Origin: Pseudomonadota bacterium
GTDB taxonomy: Bacteria > UBA10199 > 2-02-FULL-44-16 > JAAZCA01
DNA: 64,000 nt
Direction: 5' to 3'
Assembly (NCBI GenBank): GCA_043798915.1
Contig: JAZDOG010000100.1
Location: forward strand, 34,122 to 98,121
Positions within the stretch are counted from its first letter, which is position 1. Every line of letters begins with the position of its first letter. The notes below the pieces were generated by a model. That model saw only the letters and a list, made by a program, of their open reading frames with translations. It was not told the origin of the DNA and made no database searches. Below are positions 51,761-61,211 of the stretch, piece by piece. A program made the translations under genes and the position numbers.

Positions 51761-53431
51761 TTAACGGCCTTTTTTCTGTGCTGCCATGAGCGCTTTTTCA
51801 ACGAATGTTTCAGCCTGATGCCCACCTAAAAAACGGTCGAAGGAAAAGATGAAGCTAAAAGAGATCGGGCGACCTCCATTTTCCATCGCATAACCACAGT
51901 AACTCCTTACCCCATGAATGTAGCCCGACTTGAAGAATATTTCCCCTCTGAACCGCCCCCCTCCGAATGCCCGTGCAGTTGAGGGGCCACCTCCCCCTCC
52001 GGAATGGGCAAGCGAGTGTTGAAAGCTCCCAAAAACTGGCTGAGTCGACATGAAGCCCAACAGCTCCGACAGAACCTCGGAGGAAATGCTGTTCATGCGC
52101 GAGAGCCCGCTTGCATCAGCAAGCGTCACGCTGGAGGTATCGATCCCTGATGCCCGGAGAAATTCTACGATGGCATCGAGGCCTCCCTGGAGGCTCCCCT
52201 CATGACCTGTTTCGACTGCCAATGCGCGCGCCAACATTTCGGCATAGAGGTTCACACTTTTGCTGTTCGTCACGCGGATGATATCCTTGAGCGGTGGCGA
52301 GGCAATATCGCCGAGCTGCTGCGTGTTATGATCGCTGCCTTCCGAATAATATATCGAACTTACCGATATCGTGACTCCATCCGCTTCGAGCTTCTTTTTC
52401 AAAGCACGCCCTGCAAAGAGAGCGGGCTCTGGAATTGATCCTTTGATTGCAAACTCCCTGACACCGGCCGGAACCGTCCCCTCCAGCGCGTCGTGGTATT
52501 CTCCCGGCAGACGGCGCACATAGCCATGATCTCCGGAACCCGTCTCCCCAGTCTTCATGTTATTTGTGAACTGCAATCCCTTTATTTCCGGTTCTGTTCT
52601 GAGAAGTGCGGCAGGATCACCCGGTTTTTCCCCCGGCTTAAAAATCAGCCGAAACTCATTGTTGTTGATGGAGAGGGCGTCGACCGGAGCGGCGTAATAA
52701 TTGCCGAGATCATCGTCGGTCCAGCTGGCAGGCACTGAGGGGCCGCTGAAGCGGCTGTTATCAACTCTGACACTTCCTTCAATGTGTCTGATCCCGGCAC
52801 GGTGAACAAAACGACTGAGCTGGGCAAGAACCCCGTCCATAGACTGCGAGCCGTTCACCATGCTTGACCCGAGCGTTGGATCTCCTCCGCCGGCGAGGAC
52901 CAAATCTCCATAAAGGGTGCCGCCCGCGATCACACCCGTGTGATAGAGCTGTGTATGAAAACGATAGTCCTCTCCAAGCGTCACCAATGCGGCGGCGGTC
53001 ACAAGGGTTTTTAGAGAAGAAGCCGGTGCGAGGGGGGCGTTCCTGGCCCAAAAGGCCACACCCTCTCCAGTGTCCATGTATCTCATGCTTGCAGAAAAAT
53101 TTGCGCCGGGCAGATTTTGGTTCCGGAAATAAGCCGAATCTGCGGCATGGTCAGAAAAAAATCTCATCCTTGCCACATAAGGAGGGGATCTTCTCAGGTC
53201 TTCGAAGAGGATCTTATTATCAGCAGAAAACACTTTACTCAGCTGAGCGTATTCACTGTCATCGATAAACCCGGGGCTCTTTTTGTTGATCGCATCCGCC
53301 AGCATAGAAACAGCCGAGGACTCCTCCGAGGGCAATGCTTGCCTTAAGCATTCCCCATCGATGCGGCCGCGTTCAGCGTAAGCATTTCTGATCCAGTCCG
53401 CCGGTTTTCCAGGCATTTCACATCTCGCCAT
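51761..53431 (-). CDS. dacB: DacB/PBP4 (peptidase S13) D-Ala-D-Ala carboxy/endopeptidase with non-signal N-terminal extension
   Basis: PASSLK (SxxK), GGDPTL, SVN, DASGLSR, KSG. Confidence 0.9.
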   Translation of the reverse strand: MARCEMPGKPADWIRNAYAERGRIDGECLRQALPSEESSAVSMLADAINKKSPGFIDDSEYAQLSKVFSADNKILFEDLRRSPPYVARMRFFSDHAADSAYFRNQNLPGANFSASMRYMDTGEGVAFWARNAPLAPASSLKTLVTAAALVTLGEDYRFHTQLYHTGVIAGGTLYGDLVLAGGGDPTLGSSMVNGSQSMDGVLAQLSRFVHRAGIRHIEGSVRVDNSRFSGPSVPASWTDDDLGNYYAAPVDALSINNNEFRLIFKPGEKPGDPAALLRTEPEIKGLQFTNNMKTGETGSGDHGYVRRLPGEYHDALEGTVPAGVREFAIKGSIPEPALFAGRALKKKLEADGVTISVSSIYYSEGSDHNTQQLGDIASPPLKDIIRVTNSKSVNLYAEMLARALAVETGHEGSLQGGLDAIVEFLRASGIDTSSVTLADASGLSRMNSISSEVLSELLGFMSTQPVFGSFQHSLAHSGGGGGPSTARAFGGGRFRGEIFFKSGYIHGVRSYCGYAMENGGRPISFSFIFSFDRFLGGHQAETFVEKALMAAQKKGR

Positions 53432-53454
53432 ATCCTGTATTCCTCTCCTTTTGA

Positions 53455-53481
53455 TTGTCGGCAGATCGGCGGAAAAGTTGC
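53455..53481 (-). promoter_or_regulatory. sigma28-like promoter of dacB-like gene
   Basis: GCAACTT-N12-GCCGACAA then RBS AAGGAG. Confidence 0.7.
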
Positions 53482-53536
53482 GCGAAAAATTCACCAGATA
53501 GCATTGAATCGGGTGCGCCCTGCCGGGCGCACTCAT

Positions 53537-53568
53537 AAAACCTGGTCCGCCTGTTTAAGGGCGGACCA
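53537..53568 (-). terminator. terminator-like hairpin after FGE gene
   Basis: TGGTCCGCC...GGCGGACCA then T4; homologous to 51551-51586. Confidence 0.55.
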
Positions 53569-53585
53569 AGGGTAAAAAACAAAAA

Positions 53586-53698
53586 GGTAACTATTCAGGT
53601 CCGCTTAGCCAGGTTGTCATCCCAGCGGGTGTAAGCTGGGATCCAATGGATTCCTGCTTTCGCAGGAATGACAAACCAGAAGCACCTGAATAGTTACC
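53586..53698. mobile_element. MITE with perfect 15-bp TIR and AAAAA target duplication, enclosing family-B REP doublet
   Basis: GGTAACTATTCAGGT...ACCTGAATAGTTACC; empty site seen in duplicated block 51588-51615. Confidence 0.75.
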
Positions 53699-53717
53699 AA
53701 AAAAGTAAAAATCTACA

Positions 53718-54500
53718 TCACTCCCTGGAGTCCGGCAGTTCGCCCACCGTCGGTTCAGTGGCGGGCTGGAGCGGGACAACACAACGAAAGCCGATATTTC
53801 TGTCGCGCTTATCGGAATCAACGAGGCTGTAATTCACGGGATGCAGACCGACGAACGGGGGATTGTTCGCGTGGCTGAACCAGGAACCGCCGTAAACTAC
53901 TACTACTTCCCTTTCCCTTTCCCTACTGGTCCTTTCAGGATTTTCCTCCTGGATCGATGCGTTCTCGTAAAGTGTCCCGACGAGCCTCAACAAAGACGAA
54001 CCGTTCGTCCACTCCCCGACCTTCCCGGCCATGTCGTACAACCCCAGGCTGTTCTTGCCGTGCGTACGGGCCTTGGCCATTATATCGGCATTATACTGCA
54101 CCTCGCCGTCATTCAGTTGGTCGCTCGCTATGCCGAAGTCGCCCATTCCGGATTTTCCGCGAGCCATTTGTTTGCATTCTGCCTTCGTTGGGAGCCTTCC
54201 GCCGGGGTATTTCCACGCGCAGTAGTTCCGGGCATCCTGCCAGCCAACGAATACGACCGGCTGTCTGGGGCCGTCGGAGCCCTTCTCCGTTATCCGGGGT
54301 ACTGGGACTTTGTTCTTCTTTTCATACGCGGAGTATTCGGAATTTGTCACCTTATGCCTCTCCATGCAAAAGCCGCTCACCTCGGTTCTCCCGACCGGCC
54401 GCTCGTCGCTGTCGCTATTCTCCGACCCCTTGGCCGTGGGGATGAACACCATCCCGTCTGTGCACCTGACTGTCACCTTCGCATCGCCTGCTCCGATCAT
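53718..54500 (-). CDS. FGE-sulfatase/SUMF1 (C-type lectin fold) domain protein
   Basis: VTNSEY, GRLPT.AE, NSLGLYDMAG.V.EW, GGSW, IGFRCV. Confidence 0.88.
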   Translation of the reverse strand: MIGAGDAKVTVRCTDGMVFIPTAKGSENSDSDERPVGRTEVSGFCMERHKVTNSEYSAYEKKNKVPVPRITEKGSDGPRQPVVFVGWQDARNYCAWKYPGGRLPTKAECKQMARGKSGMGDFGIASDQLNDGEVQYNADIMAKARTHGKNSLGLYDMAGKVGEWTNGSSLLRLVGTLYENASIQEENPERTSREREREVVVVYGGSWFSHANNPPFVGLHPVNYSLVDSDKRDRNIGFRCVVPLQPATEPTVGELPDSRE

Positions 54501-54645
54501 CTCACACCTCCTGCCACATTGAAGTGGTCTGCCTACGTAGCCACTGCTTTATTATCGCTATTTAGCGGATTTTGATACTAGTTTTTTTGTAAAAAATAGT
54601 CTTATATTTCAAGTTCTTATATAAGCGCATCCACCACCTTCCTTG

Positions 54646-54665
54646 ACGTCATAACGTTATGACGT
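54646..54665. promoter_or_regulatory. TA operator palindrome overlapping a sigma70 promoter
   Basis: Perfect 20-bp palindrome ACGTCATAACGTTATGACGT across the TTGACG-17-TATTCT promoter. Confidence 0.7.
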
Positions 54666-54688
54666 TATTCTTATACAGGAGGTGCCAA

Positions 54689-54922
54689 ATGGACCAGCAG
54701 AACAAAAGGGCCACGATATATCTCTCGCCGCATCTTCATAAAGCGCTCAAGCTCAAGGCCGCCGAGAGCGACCGCTCGATATCGGATCTCGTCAACGAAG
54801 CGGTGAAAAGGAGCATCCGGGAGGACGCCATAGACCTCTCAGCGATCCGCTCCCGGCACAAGGAACCGCGCCGCTCGCTTGAGGAGTTCATCCAGGAGAT
54901 GTCCAAAAGTGGCCTCCTATAG
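54689..54922 (+). CDS. CopG/ribbon-helix-helix antitoxin
   Basis: KRATIYL...LHKALKLKAAE...ISDLVNEAV. Confidence 0.85.
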   Translation: MDQQNKRATIYLSPHLHKALKLKAAESDRSISDLVNEAVKRSIREDAIDLSAIRSRHKEPRRSLEEFIQEMSKSGLL

Positions 54923-55166
54923 CATAATCATCTGCCGAAGAGCGGAAAAGGAAATCATCTCCGCTCCGAAACCAGACCGCCAGCGGATCGTCGCGCGCAT
55001 CCGCAAACTGTCCGCCAATCCGCGCCCGCACGGCTCTGAAAAACTCAAGGGCAACACAAGCTACTGGATCAGGCAGGGCGACTGGCGCATTGTCTACACC
55101 GTGTCCGACAAGGATCGCGTCATATCCATCGACAAGGTCGGCCACAGGCGCGAGGTGTACCGCTGA
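54909..55166 (+). CDS. relE: RelE/ParE-family toxin
   Basis: NPRPHGSEKLKG, IRQGDWRIVY, VGHRREVYR. Confidence 0.9.
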   Translation: MASYSIIICRRAEKEIISAPKPDRQRIVARIRKLSANPRPHGSEKLKGNTSYWIRQGDWRIVYTVSDKDRVISIDKVGHRREVYR

Positions 55167-55238
55167 TCTATCCCCTTCGTCAGCATGAAGACATATTTGA
55201 TTATTGACGTGGTCTGTTTATCAGGATAAAATGCCTCT

Positions 55239-56387
55239 ATGGGAAAGATAATTCGGAGACTGATCGATATAAACCTTCCAAAAAGGCAATCCGCCTTTCT
55301 CTGGGGACCTAGGAAGGCCGGCAAAACATATTGGATCAAACACCACTTAAAAGACGCTGTCATCATCGACTTTTTGAAGACCGATATATTCGCAGAATAT
55401 TCATCAAGGCCAAGCCTCTTGAGGGAGAGATACGGAAAGCACAAAGGGCTGATCGTGATAGACGAGGTGCAGAAGATCCCCTGCATCCTGGACGAGGTCC
55501 ATTGGCTGATCGAAAACAGCGATGCCAATTTTCTGCTCACCGGTTCCAGCGCGAGAAAACTGAAACATGGGCACGCAAATCTGCTGGGCGGGCGCGCGTG
55601 GCGGCGGATCATGACACCGCTCTCCTTCATGGAGGTGGATTCGATAGATATGGAAAGGACGATGATCTCCGGGCTCCTGCCTCCGCACTATCTCTCCCCC
55701 GATCCAATCGAGGACTTGAGGGCATACGTTGCGGATTATCTCAAAGAGGAAATCGCGGCGGAGGCGCTCGTGAGAAACATCCCGTCGTTCAGCGAGTTTT
55801 TGAAGGTGGCCGCCATCACGAGCAGCGAACTTTTGAACTACACGAACGTCGGGCGCGAAGCAGGCGTCTCATCGAAAGTCGTCAGGGGATACTTTGACAT
55901 CCTTGAAGACACATATCTCGGATTCAGGATACCTCCCTGGACAAAATCCAGAACCAGGCGGATGATCGAGACTGAGAAGTTCTATTTCTTCGACGTCGGC
56001 GTCGCCAATCATCTCGCAAAGAGGCACCCGGCGATCGGGAGTCCGGATTTCGGAAAGGCGTTCGAGCATTTCATCCTGATGGAGCTCAAGGCTTATCAGG
56101 CCTACCGGGACCCCGATCTCGAAATATCATTCTGGCGCACGAGCTCGGGGCAAGAAATTGATTTCATCCTCGGGGACAAGGAAGCGGCAATTGAGATCAA
56201 GGGTTCCAGGCGCGTGCACGAGGGGGATATTTATCCGATGAAGATTTTGAAGGAAGACGCGCCGGCGAAGAGGCACATCATCGTGTCGCTGGAAGAGGAA
56301 AAAAGATCGCTGAATGGATGGATAGAAATCCTGCCTTGGCGGGTCTTTCTGGAAGAGCTGTGGAGCGGCCGCATTCTATCGAAATGA
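55239..56387 (+). CDS. AAA_14 + DUF4143 ATPase
   Basis: GPRKAGKT, IDEVQK, TGSS, KFYFFDVG, EIDF..EIK. Confidence 0.9.
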   Translation: MGKIIRRLIDINLPKRQSAFLWGPRKAGKTYWIKHHLKDAVIIDFLKTDIFAEYSSRPSLLRERYGKHKGLIVIDEVQKIPCILDEVHWLIENSDANFLLTGSSARKLKHGHANLLGGRAWRRIMTPLSFMEVDSIDMERTMISGLLPPHYLSPDPIEDLRAYVADYLKEEIAAEALVRNIPSFSEFLKVAAITSSELLNYTNVGREAGVSSKVVRGYFDILEDTYLGFRIPPWTKSRTRRMIETEKFYFFDVGVANHLAKRHPAIGSPDFGKAFEHFILMELKAYQAYRDPDLEISFWRTSSGQEIDFILGDKEAAIEIKGSRRVHEGDIYPMKILKEDAPAKRHIIVSLEEEKRSLNGWIEILPWRVFLEELWSGRILSK

Positions 56388-56397
56388 ACAGCATCAC

Positions 56398-58209
56398 CTA
56401 TCCCCTTCTCTTGAACCACTTCTCTATCTCAGACTTTTCTATTTTCACGATAGCCGGGCGGCCGTGGGGGCAGTGGGTGACGTTCTCGCGCTCGATGTCG
56501 CGCACGAGCGCTGCGAGTTCCTCGCTTGAAAGGGCGTCGCCGCCGCGCACCTGCCTGTGGCAGGCGACGACCGCGAAGATCTTCTCGGCGGCTTCGTCGA
56601 CAGAGTTCGAGCCGCCGATCTCCTCCAGCTCCGCCGCCAGCTTTTCAAAGAGAGGCGATAGGGCGACGTCGCCCAGGATCGCCGGGACCTCCTTGACGAG
56701 GAGCGTTCCGCCGCCGAACGGTTCTATCTCGAAGCCCGCGCGTGTAAGCAAACCGAAATTCTCCTCGACATAAGCGAGCCCCTTGACCCCGAGTTCCACG
56801 CGCTCCGGCAAAAGCAACCTCTGCCGCGGCACTTTGCCCGCCGCATATCCCTGTTTCAAGGCGTCGAACCCCAGCCGCTCGTGCGCCGCGTGCTGGTCGA
56901 TGAGGACGAGCATGCCGTCGGCATTCTCACAGACGATGTAAGTGGAGGCGAGCTGGCCGAGCACGCGCAGAGTTCCTGCGCGCGTACAGGTTTCAAAACC
57001 CTGCTCTCGGGCAACTCCCCCTTTGGAGGCAACCTCGGAGGGGGAAACCCCCTCCCCGCCGCTCACGCGGCGGCTCCCCTCCCCAGCCTCCCAAGGGGGA
57101 GTTGCCCTGCGCAGGGTTTTGAAACCAGAACTCGAATCGCTGTCGGTCAGACGCGACTGCTCGTATCGAAACATCGCGGATTCGACGCCTGACCGGGTGA
57201 TATCCGGAGCGATTGTCGACAAAAGATTGGATTGAACGACCTTTCTCACCGCCGCCATGACGAAATCATGCACCGCGCTGCCGTTTGAAAACCGGACCTC
57301 GCGCTTCGCGGGGTGGACGTTCACGTCGACCTCGGATGGATCGACGTCGATCCAGAGGACGGCGGCGGGATATTCCCCGCGCGAGAGCCTCTCGCCGAAG
57401 GCCGCGGAGACCGCGTGCATGAGGAGCCTGTCGCGCACCGGCCTCCTGTTCAAGAAGATGTGCACGTCCTTTCCGCCGGCCCTCCCTTTGTCCGCAACCC
57501 ATCCGGACACCGCGATGATGCCGCCCTTCTCGCCCACCTCCGCGAGCTGCCCGCGGATATCCTCTCCCATGACGGCGGCGACGCGCTCCTTCAGATCGCC
57601 CGCCCGCGATACGAACCGGCGTTTCCCGTCGCCCGAGAGCTCAAAGCGGATGTCAGGGAATGCGAGCGCCAGGCCCATCACAACCTCAGAGACGTGGCCA
57701 TACTCGACGGCGGCCGAACGCAGGAACTTGAGGCGCGCCGGGACGTTGTAGAAGATATCCGAGGCCTGAGCCTTCGTGCCGGCGGCGCATCCGGCGACAA
57801 CCGGGCCGCATACCCTGCCGCCGTCCACTTCGATCCTCGCCCCCTCCACGGCATCCGGGCGGTTTGGCTTCGACTCGATCGAAAATCTTGAAACCGCGCC
57901 GATGGCGGCAAGGGCCTCGCCGCGGAACCCCATCGTGCGGATGGCCCAGAGATCGGCCTCGGCAGCGATCTTGCTGGTCGCATGGCGGAGGATGGAGCGG
58001 CCCAGATCATCCGCATCCATCCCGGAACCATCGTCGATGACTGCGATGCGGCGCTTGCCGCCATCCTCGACATCGATGCGTATCGAAGACGCGCCGGCGT
58101 CGATCGCGTTCTCGACGAGCTCCTTGACGACGGATGCCGGCCGCTCGACGACCTCGCCCGCGGCGATCCGCTCCGCGACCTCCCTGGGGAGTTCCCTTAT
58201 GATGCCCAT
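56398..58209 (-). CDS. mutL: DNA mismatch repair protein MutL
   Basis: IAAGEVVERP, GFRGEAL, DQHAAHER, CPHGRP. Confidence 0.97.
   Translation of the reverse strand: MGIIRELPREVAERIAAGEVVERPASVVKELVENAIDAGASSIRIDVEDGGKRRIAVIDDGSGMDADDLGRSILRHATSKIAAEADLWAIRTMGFRGEALAAIGAVSRFSIESKPNRPDAVEGARIEVDGGRVCGPVVAGCAAGTKAQASDIFYNVPARLKFLRSAAVEYGHVSEVVMGLALAFPDIRFELSGDGKRRFVSRAGDLKERVAAVMGEDIRGQLAEVGEKGGIIAVSGWVADKGRAGGKDVHIFLNRRPVRDRLLMHAVSAAFGERLSRGEYPAAVLWIDVDPSEVDVNVHPAKREVRFSNGSAVHDFVMAAVRKVVQSNLLSTIAPDITRSGVESAMFRYEQSRLTDSDSSSGFKTLRRATPPWEAGEGSRRVSGGEGVSPSEVASKGGVAREQGFETCTRAGTLRVLGQLASTYIVCENADGMLVLIDQHAAHERLGFDALKQGYAAGKVPRQRLLLPERVELGVKGLAYVEENFGLLTRAGFEIEPFGGGTLLVKEVPAILGDVALSPLFEKLAAELEEIGGSNSVDEAAEKIFAVVACHRQVRGGDALSSEELAALVRDIERENVTHCPHGRPAIVKIEKSEIEKWFKRRG
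56989..57126. repeat. 138-bp palindromic element in frame within mutL linker
   Basis: 16-bp perfect TIR GGTTTCAAAACCCTGC plus inner GGGCAACTCCCCCTT/AAGGGGGAGTTGCCC. Confidence 0.8.
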
Positions 58210-58301
58210 GTTGCCTCCATCCGGCAGGCCTAGCATGGCCGCCGGGTCCTTTCTACAAAATTTTCTTGCTCAAAACATTGGAACATTACAGCATAGGTAT
58301 C

Positions 58302-60956
58302 ATGAGCCAGATATTTTTTGAGAACGACAGCAACTTCGACCGCGTCCTGATCGCGACAAGGCCCCTCGCCGCGTGGCTGGCCGGCTGTTTCGCAAAACAG
58401 TCCGGTGAAGTAGAGGCGGTCCCGCACCCCTCCGCCATGCTCGCGGACCCAAACTGGCTCTACCGGATGATATTGCCGCGTTTCTTCCGGAAGATCACGG
58501 TCGACGAGGCTGCCGTCTCGGAACTTGCGGCAGCGGCCGCGAGGTCCACGATCGTCTATGTGGCCAAGGGGCTGGGCCAGCTCGAATACAACTATTTCAA
58601 CGATCTCTTTGTCCAGCGCGGCCTGCCGCTCGCATCCTACACGAACGCCCTCACGCTCCGCAGATGGATGAGATGGCGCGACTTCTGGAAATCCGTCGGC
58701 GCGCAGGCGCGCGAGATAAGCAAACTGGGCCGGCCCGCGGACCCGCTCCGTGACAGACTCCTCGCGGAGATGATCGCCAGGGGAAAGAGCGCTCTCCTGG
58801 TCATACCTCCATCGGCGCTCTTTGACGACGCCCTCTTTGAAACGGGGCCGCTCCACACGCTGGCGGACCTCATAGAAGCGCAGAAAAGAAGCGAGAGACC
58901 CATCTCCATAGTGACGCTCGACTTTTTGTGGAGCCGCCGCCCGGAGAACACGGAGCGCTCGCTCGTAGATATCCTCTTCGGCGAAAAGGAATCGCCGGGC
59001 GCCATCAGGAAGACGGTCCTCTTCTGGCGAAACTACAAGGGGCATGCACAGGCGGCGGTCGGACGGCCGCTCGACCTCGCCTCGTTTGTGGGCGAGAGCC
59101 CCGAGGCAAACGTCCAGGATACGGCGATGAGGCTCAGATCCAAACTCATGGAATCCCTCAAGGCAAAGCGGCGCGCGATCACGGGCCCGGCCGCCCGCCC
59201 CCGCAAGTGGTTCGAAGACGCCGTGATCGGCGACGAATCGCTCGACATCCGGATCTGCGAGATCGCTGCCGAGCGCGGAAAATCAGCCGACGAGGTCCGC
59301 GATCTCGCGGCACGCTACATCCGCGAGATAGCCGCCGATGTCGACTACACCTACATAGAGCTCCTGGACAAACTGCTAGCCCACGTCTTCAGCCGCCTCT
59401 ACGACTCATTCAACGTGGACACCGAAGGCCTGATGAAAGCCAAGGAGCTCCATTCCAAAGGGCCCATCGTCTTCGTTCCGAATCACAAGAGCCACGTCGA
59501 TTATCTCCTCCTCTCATACATCCTCTATCACAACGGGATGACCGTCCCTCACATCGCCGCCGGCATCAACTTGAGGTTCTGGCCCGTAGGAGGGATATTC
59601 CGCCACTGCGGCGCATACTTCATCCGCCGGGCGTTCCGCGGCAACGACCTCTACCGCGCCGTGCTGGCGACCTATCTCAAGGTGCTGCTCCGGGAGGGCT
59701 ACAGCCAGGAATTCTTCATCGAGGGGGGGCGCAGCCGAACAGGCAAGCTCTGCAGGCCGCGGATGGGGATGCTCTCCATGCTGCACGAGGCGGCGCGCGA
59801 GGGAGGGGTCGCAAACCTCCACTTCGTGCCGGTCTCCATCACCTACGATCGCGTGATCGAGCAGAAGAGCTACATGAGGGAACTCGAGGGTGAAAAGAAG
59901 GAGGAGGAGGGCGCGGGACATCTCCTGGGCCTCACAAAATTCTTAAGGCGGCAGCGGCATCGCTACGGATCCATATACGTGCGTTTTGGAGAAGCGGTAC
60001 CGGCTGCGCAGGACATCTCGAACGCCTCGGCCGTCGCAGACGTCGCGCAGGAGATATGCCTCCGTATAAACAGGAATGCCGTCGCCACGCCAGCCGCCGT
60101 CGCTGCCGCGGCGATGCTCGCGCCCGCAAGGCGCGGGATAACGATCGGGGAGATAAAGCGAAACTGGGATGCGGTCCTCGCATACTTGAGCGGCAAGGGC
60201 GTGGATATATCCGAGAGGATCAAATCATCGCCAGACACCGCGCTCGATGAGGCGCTCGCGCAGCTTGCCGGGACGAGACTCCTGTCCGTCCGCCGCGATT
60301 CGGTCGAACCCTTCGTCTCTGTAGGCGAGGAGAGGCGCGTGCCGATCGCCTTCTTCAGAAACGGCGTGGTTCACTTCCTCGCCACCATCGGCGTCACGAG
60401 CCACCTGATCGCGCGGCGCGGGGCCGCCGGATGCAGGGAGCACGAGATCGTCGCGGAGTTCGAGATCTGCAGGCGCCTCCTCGCACATGAATTCAGCTTT
60501 GCCACGCGGGGACCGGTCGAGGAGCACGTGAAAGGCGCAATCGATTACCTCGTCGCCAGAAACGCAGTCGCGCGCGCCGACGGTTCGATCGTCCGCCTGG
60601 CGCCCGGCGGCGAATGGACCTGCGCCCTCTTCGCATCCCAGATCCGGCCGTTCGCCGAAACGCTGTGGATAGCCCTCCGCCACGCATCGGAGAAGATGAA
60701 CGCAGCCGTGGATGAGCGCACGCTCGTCTCGGAGATGATGAGGACCGGGCACGACCTGCTCCTTCTCGAACAGGTGAAATATCGCGAGGCGATCACGAAG
60801 GCCGCGTTTGAAAACGCCCTGCGCGCGCTTGTAATACATAATGTCCTCTCCAGAGAGCCCTCTGCGAAGGGAACGAAGCGCCGAAACATTTATACCCCAT
60901 CGGGCGACCAGGAAGCCGCTAAAATACTTAAAGCTGAACTTGAAACAATCCTCTGA
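58302..60956 (+). CDS. plsB: glycerol-3-phosphate O-acyltransferase
   Basis: NHKSHVD, GAYFIRR, FFIEGGRSRTGK. Confidence 0.9.
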   Translation: MSQIFFENDSNFDRVLIATRPLAAWLAGCFAKQSGEVEAVPHPSAMLADPNWLYRMILPRFFRKITVDEAAVSELAAAAARSTIVYVAKGLGQLEYNYFNDLFVQRGLPLASYTNALTLRRWMRWRDFWKSVGAQAREISKLGRPADPLRDRLLAEMIARGKSALLVIPPSALFDDALFETGPLHTLADLIEAQKRSERPISIVTLDFLWSRRPENTERSLVDILFGEKESPGAIRKTVLFWRNYKGHAQAAVGRPLDLASFVGESPEANVQDTAMRLRSKLMESLKAKRRAITGPAARPRKWFEDAVIGDESLDIRICEIAAERGKSADEVRDLAARYIREIAADVDYTYIELLDKLLAHVFSRLYDSFNVDTEGLMKAKELHSKGPIVFVPNHKSHVDYLLLSYILYHNGMTVPHIAAGINLRFWPVGGIFRHCGAYFIRRAFRGNDLYRAVLATYLKVLLREGYSQEFFIEGGRSRTGKLCRPRMGMLSMLHEAAREGGVANLHFVPVSITYDRVIEQKSYMRELEGEKKEEEGAGHLLGLTKFLRRQRHRYGSIYVRFGEAVPAAQDISNASAVADVAQEICLRINRNAVATPAAVAAAAMLAPARRGITIGEIKRNWDAVLAYLSGKGVDISERIKSSPDTALDEALAQLAGTRLLSVRRDSVEPFVSVGEERRVPIAFFRNGVVHFLATIGVTSHLIARRGAAGCREHEIVAEFEICRRLLAHEFSFATRGPVEEHVKGAIDYLVARNAVARADGSIVRLAPGGEWTCALFASQIRPFAETLWIALRHASEKMNAAVDERTLVSEMMRTGHDLLLLEQVKYREAITKAAFENALRALVIHNVLSREPSAKGTKRRNIYTPSGDQEAAKILKAELETIL

Positions 60957-60985
60957 ACTCTTCTGACTCGATAATAATCCACCTT

Positions 60986-61195
60986 TTATTCACATCTGTG
61001 GAAAAAACGGCCCCTTCGATCGAACATTTCAGATTCGTCAAACCTAACCATAACACCTCAATTTTTATTAATTTATAGTGCCTAATAATTAGGCAACCCG
61101 GACAAAGGCACTTTTGGGTCAAATATCTGGAGGGCAATCGTCAGTTATGCACAGACTTATCCCTAAGAGCTGTGAGAAATTCTCATTGTGGAATT
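60986..61195. other. DnaA-box cluster around AT-rich tract (oriC/datA candidate)
   Basis: TTATTCACA 60986, TGTGGAAAA 60997, TTATGCACA 61145, TTATCCCTA 61157, TGTGGAATT 61187. Confidence 0.45.
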
Positions 61196-61211
61196 GATAT
61201 AATAAAAGGTG

